Assembly: GCF_018977255.1 (NCBI RefSeq)
Contig: NW_024704742.1
Span: 48,610,001-48,674,000, forward strand
Source: Callorhinchus milii
Lineage: Eukaryota
Direction: 5' to 3'
Length of the DNA: 64,000 bases
Below are positions 1-13,399 of the stretch, piece by piece. The position numbers and the translations under genes were made by a program. Positions within the stretch are counted from its first letter, which is position 1, and each line of letters begins with the position of its first letter. The notes below the pieces were generated by a model. That model did not search any database. It saw only the letters and a list, made by a program, of their open reading frames with translations, and was not told the DNA's origin.

Positions 1-632
1 TGCCATCAACCGGTGAGGGATCAAACCTTTGCGTGTTGGATGTCAAATGACCATCTAGTGACTAATCTCCTTGGGGGTGGGGGGGGGAAGCGTGTTCTCC
101 TTTTTAGTGACATGTTTGGCAACTGAATGTCGGAATCGAGCCAACCCTCCGTGGCAGTCTGGCTAATCCGGGTCCTGAGCCAGGGTCCAGGGCATTGCTG
201 ATGATAGCATCAGATTGTCCAATCTGTAAAACTTAGATGGTAGACCAGTCACCGGGGCCAGGGAGTCATCCCTCTCAGCTCTCATTAACCCTGCAAGCCA
301 AAGTCCTAACTGGGTAGGGTGGTCTGAGTTGGACAAGCAGTAAGAAAGCTTGTTAGGCTGTGCTCTCAATGGCAAGCTATGCTTTTCTTGCTGGTTAGAC
401 TCCAGCAGTATCCCAATGCACACTCTGGGGTCCCAAGCCTTAGCTCTTGCCAACCTGCACCTAATACTTTCCAGAATTAGGTAAGCAAGATGAATCCCTC
501 TAGGAAGAGATTGCGCATTCCATTCCAACAATTTATCTCTGGGATTTCCACATGTAGGTGATATGTATGGAAATCTGTTTGGTCTGGAACTCTTAAGCAA
601 GATGATGGGTTTCCGCATGTGTCAATAAAAAA
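1..632 (+). mobile_element. Unclassified ~600-bp dispersed repeat (called family X here), longest copy; may start before the window
   Basis: Collinear blocks shared with 53610-54207, including the identical 20-mer CCAATGCACACTCTGGGGTC (413-432 and 53983-54002), CCTGCA(A/G)GCCAAAG(T/C)CCTAA and GAATTAGGTAAGCA. Ends in an A-rich tail. Confidence 0.75.
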
Positions 633-1451
633 ATGATATGGGAGTCATTGGAGGAAAGAAGCCAACCAGAAGCAAATAGCAGGGCAAGATTGAGAACTAC
701 TGTAGCAGAGATTTATCCCCATCTCCTGACCAATATTCCTCCCTTATTTAAATTAATTAAATATAAGATTCTACTTGGTCATTCATCTCATAGCTATTTG
801 TGGGATATTACTAGTGTACATCAACACCCCACAACATTCACAGCGCTTCAAAAGATTTTGAGGGAGTGAGAATTCTCAGTGAGACCACGAAACTGTACTT
901 ATTTTTGTGTGTTGACTATCTTTTGATGTGAATGCCTCAGGACCCTGCACAAGTTTGGGCTGGTTACATTTCTCTTTTGCTGTGTATACTCAGGTGTTAC
1001 ACCAAAAAGAAACATTTTTGCCTGACACTTTCATACCCCAAATTAAACATCAGTGGTGATATATGCGCTCTTAAAGATTTAGAAATGTCTAAAAGAAGAA
1101 TTAAACTATATAATGGAACATATTGGATATATATCAAGTGAGTAAAATAACCAAAATGGTAGGGACCTGAAGAGGGTATGGTGCAGTATCTGTCCACTTC
1201 AAGAGAGATACTTAGTTCTAAAGACGTGGGAAAACGACATGCAAGTAGCATTGGCCAGTGATATATCTTAAAGTAGGCTACTGTATTATTTTTAGAAACC
1301 TTTATGATTTAGTAATTAATTTGAGATGGATGGAGGAGTTGATTGATCATTTCTCAAAATAGAGGAGAGCATAATAAAGATTCTGTAGAGTCACATCTAC
1401 ATTCCTCTAATGGATCTAAGGTCATAGGAGGAGAGTGCAATATTAATAGCT

Positions 1452-1990
1452 AGGTGTCAGTCTGGCTCAGTTGGTAGTAATCTCCCTAGCCCCAACATCA
1501 GGATTTTGAATTCATAATCTAGACTGACATTCCTGGCCAACATTCCCTCGAATAAAATTGGTCACTCACTCTGCATGGCTGTTTGCGGGACATTGCTGTT
1601 AGCACTTTGAGATGTCTCAATGATGCGATAAGGCAATATATCAAATGCAAGGATTATTATTATTATTCCAGTGCAATGCTGGAGAAATCTGCATTGTCAG
1701 AGGTGTTGTCCTTAGGAGGAGACATTAAACTGAGCTTATGCCTGCCTGTACATGTGGGCGTTAAAGTTCTCATGCCATTATCTGGAAAGAAGAGAGTTTC
1801 TCAGTCCAACAATGAGCTCCCAACTAAAATTGGCCATGGCTGTTTGTAAGACATTACAGTGCTCAAATTGGCTACTGATTTTACCTACAAATACACAGTC
1901 ACTACACTTCATTGTAAATCCTGTGAAGTACTTTGAGATTATTTGATAATGTAATCAAGTACAATATCAAACACAAGGTTTATTATTATC
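1452..1990 (+). mobile_element. Old Deu-domain-type (SacSINE1/AmnSINE1-like) SINE, interrupted at ~1531-1667 by a SINE 3' fragment
   Basis: tRNA A-box-like TGGCTCAGTTGG, central GCATTGTCAGAGGTG...GAGACATTAAACTGAG block also seen at 48070-48470, and an L2-type tail. Family name is from recall. Confidence 0.6.
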
Positions 1991-3744
1991 ATAATCTTGT
2001 TACGGTTCACATTTCCAAAGGAATTCTGTATACTGTATATATTCTACATTTTCTGAACTGAGGAATTTATTAAACAAATGACATCTATCTGAAAGTTAGG
2101 CAAAATGAATATCTGCTGAGGATTAAGTCATTCGTAAACACAGCTGTATTGTGCGCTATGTTAAATACATGAGTGCAGAGAGAATTACAGGAGCCCAGAA
2201 TAATGTGATTTACAACCAATATTAAGGAATGTACTAATTATGTAATTAGCCAATCCTTTTTATCAGTTGTTAATTATACAACTGAATTTACAAATGTTTA
2301 CACTTGGTGCAAATAATTTTTTTACTTAGTCAGACATTAATTTCAAATGTTGATGAAAGCTAGTATCAGTCAGGATTATTACAGTATTTATGACGATGAC
2401 CCAATGATTATCTCAACAGGAAGGGCCCTAACTAAGGACCATTACATTTTGTTTTATCCAGGGAATAATTTGAACACATTTGATTTAGCTCCTTAACACA
2501 TCGTTGAGATGTCTCACAGCGCTTCACAAGATATACTATAAAGAGGAGTGACTGTGTATTTTGTAGGCAAAACGCATTGAAACTAACTCAAATTTATCCA
2601 ACACTAATGATTAGGATGAAACTCAAATACTATTCAGACATCTCCCTGTCTCTGGGATCTTTTTCTACCCACTCTGCTGATTGCCTCCTCAGTTAATTCA
2701 CGCCTGTGTGCATTCTGCACCACCATCAGTGACCAAGCTTCTACCTCAAACCACTGAAAGTCTCTTCCTCTACCAGTCTGTCTGTTCTCCCTCTATCTCT
2801 CCTAAAAAAACTACCTCTTCAACAGCGCTTGCAGTTACTTCCACCTTCCCCTCCCCCTATTCTCCCCGCCTGTTTTGCTCAAAGTCGACACTGTCTTTGT
2901 GAAGCTCTCGGACATTATCCTAGGTGAAGAATGGTATATAAATGCAAACTTGTTGTTGCCTTTAGAGTCTTCCCTGTTGCTGATCAGGTAGAGCTAGTGC
3001 TAAATTGCTATAATTTGGGCATAATAATTCAAAAAGATAAGGGATTTTTTCCCAGTGGCGTGGCCAACAATACCCCAGAAAAAGAAAGCAGTCATTTACT
3101 TGATGACTGTTTTTAGGATGTTGCTCTGTGAAAATTAACAGTTCTTTTGGCCGGCAAATACAGTCACAACACTTTACAGAAAACGTTTCAAGACATTTTG
3201 ACATGATGAGGAGCTTTATTGAATGTGAGGATTATAATTCTGTTCTAACCATAGTCTGTGAAGAAACCTGCAGTAAGATATTATATGGGTCAATAGCTTC
3301 AGATCCCAGAGCTATTAATTAAAAATTTTCCCTCAAAATTATGAAGCTACACAGCAATTAATATCCTTAATCAATGTCAGCAATGTAACTGGTCACACTC
3401 ATGCCCCAGTGATTTCTATCATAGGCTGTCTAGGTGTTGTTTCTGCAGGATGTCAGTTTTCAGTCTTTGAAAGATTATATTAAAGAAGAAAGATTCTTTG
3501 TCTGACACAGCGATGAAATAACCATGTGATCAGCTGTACATAGATGTTCCAATGCTTAAAATATGTTAATTAAAATGAGTGGAACTTCGGCAAAGTATTT
3601 GAGAGGCAGGTATCCTTTATAAAGAAATATTCCAATTATTTTGACTGGAAATGATATTTAGCTTATGATTTGTCAATTAATTCTGAAATGACTGTTTTTA
3701 TTATTATTTATATTAAGTGGGATGATTAAAGATTTTTTTCCTCT

Positions 3745-4130
3745 CTCCAATTGTACCCTTTCCCCTCCATCCTGAAGATGTTGGATTCCTTTTTCCTTCT
3801 ACTGGGCTATAGTTCCATGGACACATGGTGCCCTTTTATGCCTTGTTCAAATGGCTATTATTCAAGTGTGAAACCAGAGAGTAAATGTTGCCAGGCTAAT
3901 CGACCGTGGACGGCATCTTAGCTCAATCTCTCACCTGATGTCCACACATGCACTACTGTCAGGGATTAACGAATAGCAACCAGTAGCAGGAATCTTAGCT
4001 GTTTTTCTCTCTCTAACCTACAGTCACTGAAGCCATTATAGTGCTTCAAATGCAATCAGCTAGCTCAGCATAAACTGGGACTCGAACAGTATCTCAGGTT
4101 AGTGCAAGTCCACAGAATACCAGTGCTTTA
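3745..4130 (-). mobile_element. Ancient SINE, AmnSINE2-like
   Basis: Reverse complement reads GCTGAGCTAGCTGAT...GTGCATGTGTGGACATCAGGTGAG...CCACGGTCGATTAGCCTG. Related segments lie at ~8315-8372 (-) and 63425-63600 (+). Family name is from recall. Confidence 0.5.
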
Positions 4131-4734
4131 GGCAATGCTATGCTAAAATGAGGGGGGAGGGGTGGCCCTCTTTTATGTACACTTAATCTGAGTGAAGAGT
4201 ATGGATTTATGCAATATAAGGTAACATGAATCTTTACTGACCAAAATGTCTAGCAATTTAGATGCTACTTAAAAATAATGCTTCTATTCTGATATTCTGG
4301 AGAAAAACCTCAGGGTTAAAATTCTATGCTCTACATAGGAAACATGAATTGGACGGGTAAATTTATATATCAAGTGCAGTGGGTTGTTTGCATGGGATTT
4401 GTGGAGGCACAGCTGTGAGGAACAATGATGACAGCTTGGCTCCTACCATCTCATTCACTTTCCAAGGGTGCAGAGGGTGATCAATTGCACTCGCATTACA
4501 GTCTGAGCTCCAACCAAAATCCTTTGTCATTGCTGATAAAGAAGGCCAATGATAGATTCCCAGGAGTCGCACACGGCCTCAGTAAGCTTCTTTCTGTTGC
4601 TATATCAATTATCTTTTAAGCTTGCTGATGAATTTCATTTCTGATTATGAAATAAATTTATAACAAAACAATCATGTGCTCAAAATTTATGTATGGTGTA
4701 GTACACAACAAAAACAAATTTCACAAGTATATAA

Positions 4735-6714
4735 TCCCTAACTCTGTCCCTCCCATCAGTGCGCTACGGTTTGTGTTTCTTTTCCTTTCCCTTGAATCCA
4801 AGATCAAGGGAATCCGCTCCGCGGTCACTTCCCCTCCAACTTCCACCCACCACCCACCCCTTCCCTCCCACACTCCGACTCCTACCCATCCTCCCCTACA
4901 CACCTTCGTACCCGTTTCCCCACCCTCTGTCACTGAACTCATCCTATCCCTAAAACCAACCACCTGCTCCCTTGACCCCATCCCCACTCCACTCCTTATC
5001 TCCCAGCTCCACTTTCTTGCCCCACATACCACTGACATCATCAACCTGTCCCTCTCCTCTGGCTCTGTCCCCATTCCATTAAAAACTGCCATCATCACGC
5101 CCACCCTGAAAAAACCCTCCCTTGATGCGTCGCAGCTATCAAGCTACCGGCCCATCTCCAACCTCCCCTTTCTCTCCAAGGTCTTGGAAAGAGTTGTCGC
5201 CTCCCAACTGCGCTCTTTCCTTTCCACCCATTCTCTTTTCGAACCCCTTCAGTCAGGTTTCCGTGCTGCCCATAGCACAGAAACTGCCCTGGTCAAGGTC
5301 ACCAATGATATCCTGACCATCTGTGACCAGGGCTCCCTCTGTCTCCTCGTCCTCCTCGACCTATCGGCAGCATTCGATACGGTCGACCACGCTATCCTAC
5401 TCCACCGCTTGTCCTCCCACCTCAACCTTCAAGGCACTGTCCTTGAATGGTTTAGGTCGTACCTTTCTCACCGTCTTCACTTTGTCTCGACGAATGGCTT
5501 CTCCTCCACCCCCCGCACTGTCTCATGTGGTGTCCCTCAGGGCTCTGTCCTTGGTCCCCTCCTCTTCACCCTCTATATGCTCCCCCTCGGTGACATCATC
5601 CGCAGACATGGAGTTAACTTCCACATGTATGCGGATGACACCCAACTCTACCTTTCCTCCTCTACTCTCAACTCCACGACCACCGATGTCCTGACAGCCT
5701 GCCTGTCCGACATCGAGTCCTGGACGAGAGACAACTTTCTTCAGCTCAACGTGCGAAAAACCGAGGCCCTCCTGATTGGCTCACGTCAGCGCCTCCGCAC
5801 CTCAGGCGCTGACACCATCAGCATCCAAGGCTGCACTCTCCACCTCTCAAAGCCAGTCAGGAACCTCGGCGTTTTGTTCGACCCTGAGCTGTCCTTTCTC
5901 CCTCACATCCGCACCACAACTGGCACCGCCTTCCATCACCTCCGGAACATCGCCAGACTACGGCATTACCTCACCCCTCACGCTGCTGAAACCCTGGTTC
6001 ACGCCTTTGTCACCTCAAGGCTGGACTATGGGAACTCTCTCCTCGCCGGCCTTCCCGCCACCTCCCTCCACAAGCTGCAGGTCATTCAGAACTCTGCAGC
6101 TCGTGTACTGTCCCGCACCAGGCTTCGGGACCACATCACTCCCACCCTCGCTCGCCTCCACTGGCTCCCCATCCCCCAGAGGATTGATTTCAAGATCCTC
6201 ATCCTCACCTACAAGGCCATTCACGGCCTTGCTCCCTCCTACCTCTCCAACCTACTATCCCCCTACCTACCTGCCCGTACCCTCCGTTCCTCTGGCTCCG
6301 GTCTGCTCCACGTCCCCCGCCCCAACCGCCCTACCATCGGTGGTCGGGCCTTCAGCCTCTCAGCCCCAGGCTCTGGAACTCCATCCCCCAGTGCCTTCGC
6401 CGCCTCCTCCCTTTCCTCCTTCAAGGCCGGTCTCAAAACCTTTCTCTTTGACCGTGCCTTCAGCTCCCCTCTCGACCCTCTAACCCCTCCTCGCTCCCTC
6501 CCTTCCCTCCCCTCACCCTGACCATTTCCCCGCTCCTCGCTCCCTCCCTTCCCTCCCCTCACCCTGACCATTTCCCCCCTCCTCGCTCCCTCCCTTCCCT
6601 CCCCTCACCCTGACCATTTCCCCCCTGCTCGGGTCATGACCCAACTGTGCAGCGCCTTGGGACGTCCTCCTGACGTGAAAGGCGCTTTATAAATGGAATC
6701 TTGTTGTTGTTGTT
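4735..6714 (+). mobile_element. L2-clade LINE, 5'-truncated young copy with an open reverse transcriptase domain (within ORF 4674-6521)
   Basis: [45 protein letters not shown] (5628-5639), [10 protein letters not shown] and LHWLPI motifs. 3' ACGTC-CTCCT-GACGT stem-loop followed by (TTG)n. No endonuclease domain; the ORF's ATG lies in flanking DNA. Confidence 0.95.
6487..6624 (+). repeat. Three tandem copies of a 46-bp unit at the L2 3' end
   Basis: Unit CTCCTCGCTCCCTCCCTTCCCTCCCCTCACCCTGACCATTTCCCC(G/C) starts at 6487, 6533 and 6579. The sister copy at 31350-31879 has a single unit. Confidence 0.92.
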
Positions 6715-6971
6715 ACTCTCAATCAGTGACTTCTCATCAACGACTGTTCACTCGAACGTCTCGAAGATGAGATAAGGCGCTATATCATATGCAAGGATTA
6801 TTATTATTATTAAGAGGGTTGCTAGGCCTTGACCTGATAGTGGGGTGGCACTAGTGGCTCCTTTCCTTCTTCGTTCCTCCTCAAAGCCTAAGCACTCAAA
6901 ACATTTTCGAGAAAATACTCATTGGTTCATTGTTAAGTCACATAAAAATAATAATCCTTGCATTTGATATA

Positions 6972-7207
6972 CAACAACAACAACAACTTGGATTCATATA
7001 GCGCCCTCCACGGCTGACGGGGTCTCAGAGCGCTTTACAGTAACAGATCCCAGAACCGAGTCAGGGGGAGGGGGAGGAAGGTGACCAAAGGCGCGGTCGA
7101 AGAAAAAGGTCTTCAGCAGAGACCTGAAAATAGGAAAGGAGGGAGTGAGACGAAGGGAGTGAGGAAGGCAGTTCCAGGGCCTCGGGGCATAGTGGCTGAA
7201 GGCACAG
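6972..7207 (-). mobile_element. L2 3' fragment (second subfamily)
   Basis: (CAA)n tail; reverse complement closely matches the 3' part of 23483-24132. Confidence 0.85.
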
Positions 7208-7800
<593 letters not shown>

Positions 7801-10800
7801 AATAGATGTCCATTCACAGCTGTTCAGCGTAGTTTACAGATTAATGAAACATGTTAAAGGTACGAGAAATACGTGCACCTGTGATGGATTGTGCCATCAC
7901 CTCAGTTAGGAATGCCTCTCGCAAATCTATTTATGTACATAGAGTAAGAAAGATGAAACATCAACAGAAAAAAAATTGAGTTTAAATCAGTGTTTATCAG
8001 TTCATTTCAATTTATATTGCCTATGCCTGTAAACATAGTTATGTACAAGAAAATCCTATTACTGCTCATCTGGAAGACATAGCAAAGACCTCTGCCTGAC
8101 ACCTCTATAATTATATAGCTTCTCTGCAAATCAGATACTGATAGTGTAAAAAGAACAGATTCTTCCTTTTGCTTTTTCAAGTCTTACGTAGATATTTTAA
8201 ATGTAATGTTTCACCTTTTTTTTACTATGGAGTGACAGGGGTATTGCACAGTAAGATAGCCTCCAGCAACCTAACTACCTCTTCACATGGAAACTGAGCA
8301 TCGTGTCTGGCTTTAACCCATGGTGCTGAGGCCAATTACAGCACCCTGATTTTGTTCAGCTAACTCAGCAGAGTTATGAAGAGGATCAGTGCTATCAAGC
8401 ATTGGTGTCACAATCTTTAATATATATATAGCAATTTAAGAAAGCAAAAATAAAGCCCTAAATGTAACGAGTAAAGGAAAACTGAATTACTTTTTATTTT
8501 TAATAGCCTAATTTAGATCCGGAATAAATAATTAAGTTGTGGCTAATCCATTTTGGGTACCAGTGCCTGACTACCTCAGTATTGTGGAAGCAGAATTACA
8601 AGATGATAAAGATGAGCATTGGAAGTTCAGGCGTGAAGATTATAGCAGATGATGCAAACTGTTCAACTGTACCGTTTAGAGATTTCATGAGCCTCCCACG
8701 TTCATGACCATGCAACATTAGCAAGCCGTGGGATCCAAAAATGGGCATTTAAGTAGTGAGGTGAAAGTACTGGATTGTCAAATGCCCATCACATCCCAAA
8801 CACAGTTAGAGCAAGATGACATCTTAGATCTTTCAGCGTTTTCTGATGTCATCATTGTCTCTAAATATTTAAAATCATTCCACTTTGTGACTTGTCCTCA
8901 TCAATGAGGTTCAACTTGTCAAAAGTTTTGTTTTATTGATGCTTTTATAGGCTTCCTTCCTTTGAGTAATCATCTGGTATGGTTGCATCACCAGCAAGAT
9001 CAAAGTCACTGAGGACGTTTGCATATACCTACTTGACAGGTGGGGATGAGTCATAACACCAAATGTGGTGTTTAATTCAACATAAAGTCATGAATTCTAA
9101 AATAAAGAGCTGAAACATGGGAATAAATGGAGAGCTTTTTCAGAGAGCCAATGTTAGGACTGATAATGGACTGAATTGGCCTCCTTCAGTGCAGTGGATT
9201 TCTATTGTTCTAACATAAATCTGAAGGACTCTAGAGGTTAATTTAAAACTTTATCAGTGGTAGAAAATAGAATTTTTAGTGTTTTTCCAAAATCTTTGAT
9301 TCATCAAATAATCTTTTGTGGTCATTGTTGATCAATACCTTCTTCAAAAATACAGTATTATTCAATAATAGCAAATCAGCTATGTATTTTTAAAATATAC
9401 GTATCTCCCTGGGATAGGGAGGTAAGCAGGGTCTCCTTGGTGCTGAACTTAATCCAATGAGACATTTCTGATAAGGACAGGTGGTTCTGCAGTAGTTCAA
9501 GGCAAATGTGGAAGTGTACCTGTGTCCTCAAACCCTAAATCAAAGTATACATGGAGTTTCATGGTATTCAAAGTCACAACAATAATGAATGGGGTGGGGT
9601 GGTGGGGGCGTTGGCTGGGAGGGTGGAGAGTCACTTGAGGTAGTTTATATTCTTGGTGAGCTTCAGGTTTAGGCAACATCATTATTGTTGAGAACATTAG
9701 TTTTCACCTTGCATCTGTCAAAAAGGATTAGATGTACATCATAGCTTCTTTAGCTTCTTTGATGCTGCCTGGAGCCATTGCATCTGCAGCCTGCTGCTCC
9801 CCTACCACTTCAACGCAAGTCTGCCCATTTTTAGTGAGAGCCATTGTAGAAAGAGGCTATCTGCCCCAGGTAGATGGGAAAATTCTGTTGCTTTGAGCTA
9901 AAGTAATAGTTAGGGAGAAGGCAACAGTTCCAAGCACCAGGGTTCTCACGGATGAGAAGGTGGACACAGGATCAGCAAAGATATCAGGGTAAAGTGGGAT
10001 AAAGTTGGCACCCACAAAATCTGAATTTTGATCAATCAAGAGATGCTGGGATACATACAATGTCATTTCATAAGTCCAACACATTGAAGGATAGTAGGGA
10101 GAAACCACTGGGATCACAGCCAAAATATACTTGTAACCCAAAGTCAACCAAGTACTAGCCCAATATTATGTGTTGCCTCCTATGGGTAGTGGGGTGGCCA
10201 ATTTACGTTAGGAAAACAAAATATTTTGCAGGTTTAAATTAAAAAATTTAAAATTGGGCACCTGCCCCAAGCTGTTTTTTCATGCTCAGTACAACAAAAA
10301 CACAACAATTGGCATGAATCCGCCTAATCTGGCAATGTTGATCACCCCATAGTCATTAGCCATCAAATGACACCATACATTTTGAAGGATGCTTTCTACC
10401 TTTCTAAAGAATTTAATATAAGGCCACCACACCAAGGAATATGATTTAGAAAGCTTGTTGCTCAGACATTTCAAAAATCTGTTTTTTGTGTTGGATCAGG
10501 TAAACTTCTATTGTCAAAGTCAATCTGAACTCATGTCCAATAATGCAACACATATTAATTTCCTGAGTCCAGTAACTTTGTTCTGAAGAGCAGCCAGGAC
10601 TGTTTGGTGACCCCTCCCCCCCAGACCTATCTCTTCTGTACAGAAAGTGTGGGTCGTTATTCCTTGTGCATAAAGATCTGGGCAGAGAAAGATCTGATAA
10701 GAGGTGATGTAACATCTTTGCAAAACTGACTCTTGTCTAAGATAATGACATTTATGGTAATGATGGAAATTGCTGAAAAAAGAGTGTTTTAGTTAAAGGA

Positions 10801-11002
10801 ATATGTTACCCATTGCTTTCTGAATTGTCATGTTAATTCCATCTATATTAACCTGTAGCATGCTTGTACCAACAGTTAACAGCTGTAAATTAATGGTTGA
10901 CTAAAACCAGTCTAAAACAACAGAATTCACAGGGTAAACTTTGCTGTTCCACAGCTCACCTGTTAATAAGGACCAATTAAGGTTTTACAGTGATTATATC
11001 AA

Positions 11003-11245
11003 ACAATAACAACAACAAAATTACATTTGTAAAGCGCCTTTCGTCGGAAGGACGTCCCAAGGCGCTGGACAGTCAGTGTTTTGGACCTGAGCAGGGTGAT
11101 TGAAAGCACGGTCGAAAAGGAGAGTCTTGAGATGGGTCTTGAAGGAGGTAAGGGAAAGGGCGAGGTGGAGGGACTGCAGGATGGTATTTCAGAGGGTGAG
11201 GGTAGAGTGGCAGGAGGCCCGTCCACAGGCGAGGCGGGGGACATC
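11003..11245 (-). mobile_element. L2 3' fragment
   Basis: (CAA)n, then AAAGCGCCTTTCGTCGGAAGGACGTCCCAAGGCGC (reverse L2 tail). Confidence 0.8.
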
Positions 11246-11454
11246 GAACTTGTAAAGCAGCAAAAAAATACCTCCAGAATTTCTTTCAGATTTTAGCACG
11301 GGGTGTGGTATTTTACATTCCATATTTCATCATTAACTCTGCAAATGTTTGGATAAAAGTTGGGGCCCATAATGGTTTAATATTCTTTATGAAATGCATG
11401 TAATTAATTTCACTGACAATAGTAACTGGATCTGGTCTGCAGGCTTCACTTGTT

Positions 11455-11822
11455 TCTTGCTAGAGAAGACACGTTTAAGAGGGCACTTAATAGAGATGTT
11501 TAAAATTATATAATGGTTTGATAATGTTAGCATTATTAGGCTGTTTGCACTGGTTGGTCCATAACCAGGGCACGCAAGTATAAGATAACGACTAGGGGAT
11601 CTAAAAGAGAATTTAAGAGAAACTAATTCACACAGAGGGTAGTGAGATTGTGGCACTCACTGCCTGAAGCACTAGTTGAATCAAATAGTGTAAATGCATT
11701 CAAGAGGAAGCTCGACCTTCACATTGAGGTAGAGGGGAATCACATGGAGTATAACCACCGGCACGGACTAGTTGGGCCGAGTGACCTGTTTCCGTGCTGT
11801 ACGTTCTTTGTAAATCTGTGTA
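11455..11822 (+). mobile_element. CR1 LINE 3' fragment
   Basis: Encodes the decayed ORF2 C-terminus (LEKTRLRGHLIEMFKI; FTQRVVRLWHSLP), followed by a CR1-type 3'UTR. Confidence 0.8.
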
Positions 11823-13399
11823 AACAGTAGTAATGAAGAATTGAATCTAAGCTACACAATGCAGACTCATTGGGGTCAAACACACTCTGTTTGCTAATGC
11901 TATCAAACTTTTTGTTCACATATATATTAAAAAAATCACAATTATGAAGGGAATTTCACAATTCTGTTACCTTTTGTCCCTGTGTATTTCTCTCATCCAC
12001 TTTTACCATTTTGTTTTTGCTTTTTTTATACATTAATTTCCTCTTTATGTTCTCTGTCTCCATCTTCACAGTATGTGAAGGACATATGATTTTTATTTCC
12101 CTTAGCAGAATAGACAAGTTAACTCTTGATTGCTGAACTACTGAATGAGTTACAGTCTGCCTCACAAGTGGGATTTAAAATAATATTTCGCTGCTTGCAG
12201 CGTGTGTTTTATATAAAATCCTCAGGTGGCTTTATGATGAAATCATTTTTGTATTAATTTCAGCTTTACCTATTCTTAATTTATTCCCCAACACCAACAC
12301 GTTGATAATTAAGAAAAATCCCCTCAAACAATATCAACATTTTTGTGTAATTATGGTGGAGTTCTGTTGAATAACCTGAATGTTCTGATGCAGGAAAGTA
12401 AGTAACTTCTCATCTCTCTCTAGAGATTATTCTTTTTGTCATTTTGAAAATCCATTAAACAGGAATTAAGTGATCAAGTGAAGTTAATTCTATGTGATAC
12501 ATTGATTGAGAATGAACAATAGAGTTTCTCAATGTTGATTAAAAAAAAGTTAGGTTTGTTTAATGAAATATTCCATTTACAGCATCCCTCCCTGTAGCTC
12601 TGTAAATCTCTAAGGAGATTATTTTGCCTTGTGTAGCAAATCTTAAATTATGTGCTTATAATGGAAAACCCAGTTATGGACCCCCCCACCCCTTCTCCTC
12701 CCCCCCCACAATTTTAGCTAAGATACATGGTCCAGACTCACTGGGGTCCAACTCACTCTGCTTGTGAATGCTGTGAAACTTTTTGTTCACATATATGATA
12801 GGTGATTGTACAATTATGATGAGAAATTGTGGCATGCTGAATATTCTAGCATTATTGATCAGTGAGTGTTCATCACACTTGGTGATATTAGCTTGGGGAT
12901 CACATTCTGAGGGTCTCTCCGGAATGAAGATGTTTTTTGTTGACCTTATATCTTGATAGATTTTCCATTTTATTAATATCTCAACAAGGTCTATTAGTTT
13001 CAATCTCAGAAGGTCAGCACATAGTTGACCAGGGTGAATTTTCGATAGCTTGAACCAGTAAATTTTTATGAGATTGCAATATGGAATGTTTTATGTCCTC
13101 CAATAACTGCTCAAAAACCATTTCACTTGGGTCCCTCACAGCCTGCAGAGAGAGGAGACCTCCATCAATCCCAGGTGTGACAGGAAACTGATGTAATCCA
13201 CTCCACACCATACCCTTTGTATTATTTCACCTAAAGCAGTGTGATATTTCATCACCTTCAGTCTTCGGCACACACAATAACATTCCTCACTGTATTCCCC
13301 TTGTATAAAACTGTTACGTTTTGCTTTCAGCACTGAAAGTAGTAGTGGGGGGGAGGGGTCCAATACGATTTCATAATAAGGAATCTGAGTGATGAAGTA

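Noticed and set aside
195..230. Hammerhead ribozyme or box C/D snoRNA call for the conserved CTGATGA in family X
   Set aside because: No conserved GAAA follows the hairpin (TAAAAC, CAAAAC or CAGAAC instead), and in two copies the motif is paired within a stem. No matching D box and terminal stem were identified.
4674..6521. 615-aa ORF as a host gene or autonomous retroelement
   Set aside because: It is a 5'-truncated L2 ORF2 lacking the endonuclease; the ATG comes from flanking sequence.
6487..6624. CRISPR-like or other prokaryotic repeat array
   Set aside because: Direct tandem units without spacers in a eukaryotic LINE 3' end; no cas or other bacterial genes anywhere in the window.
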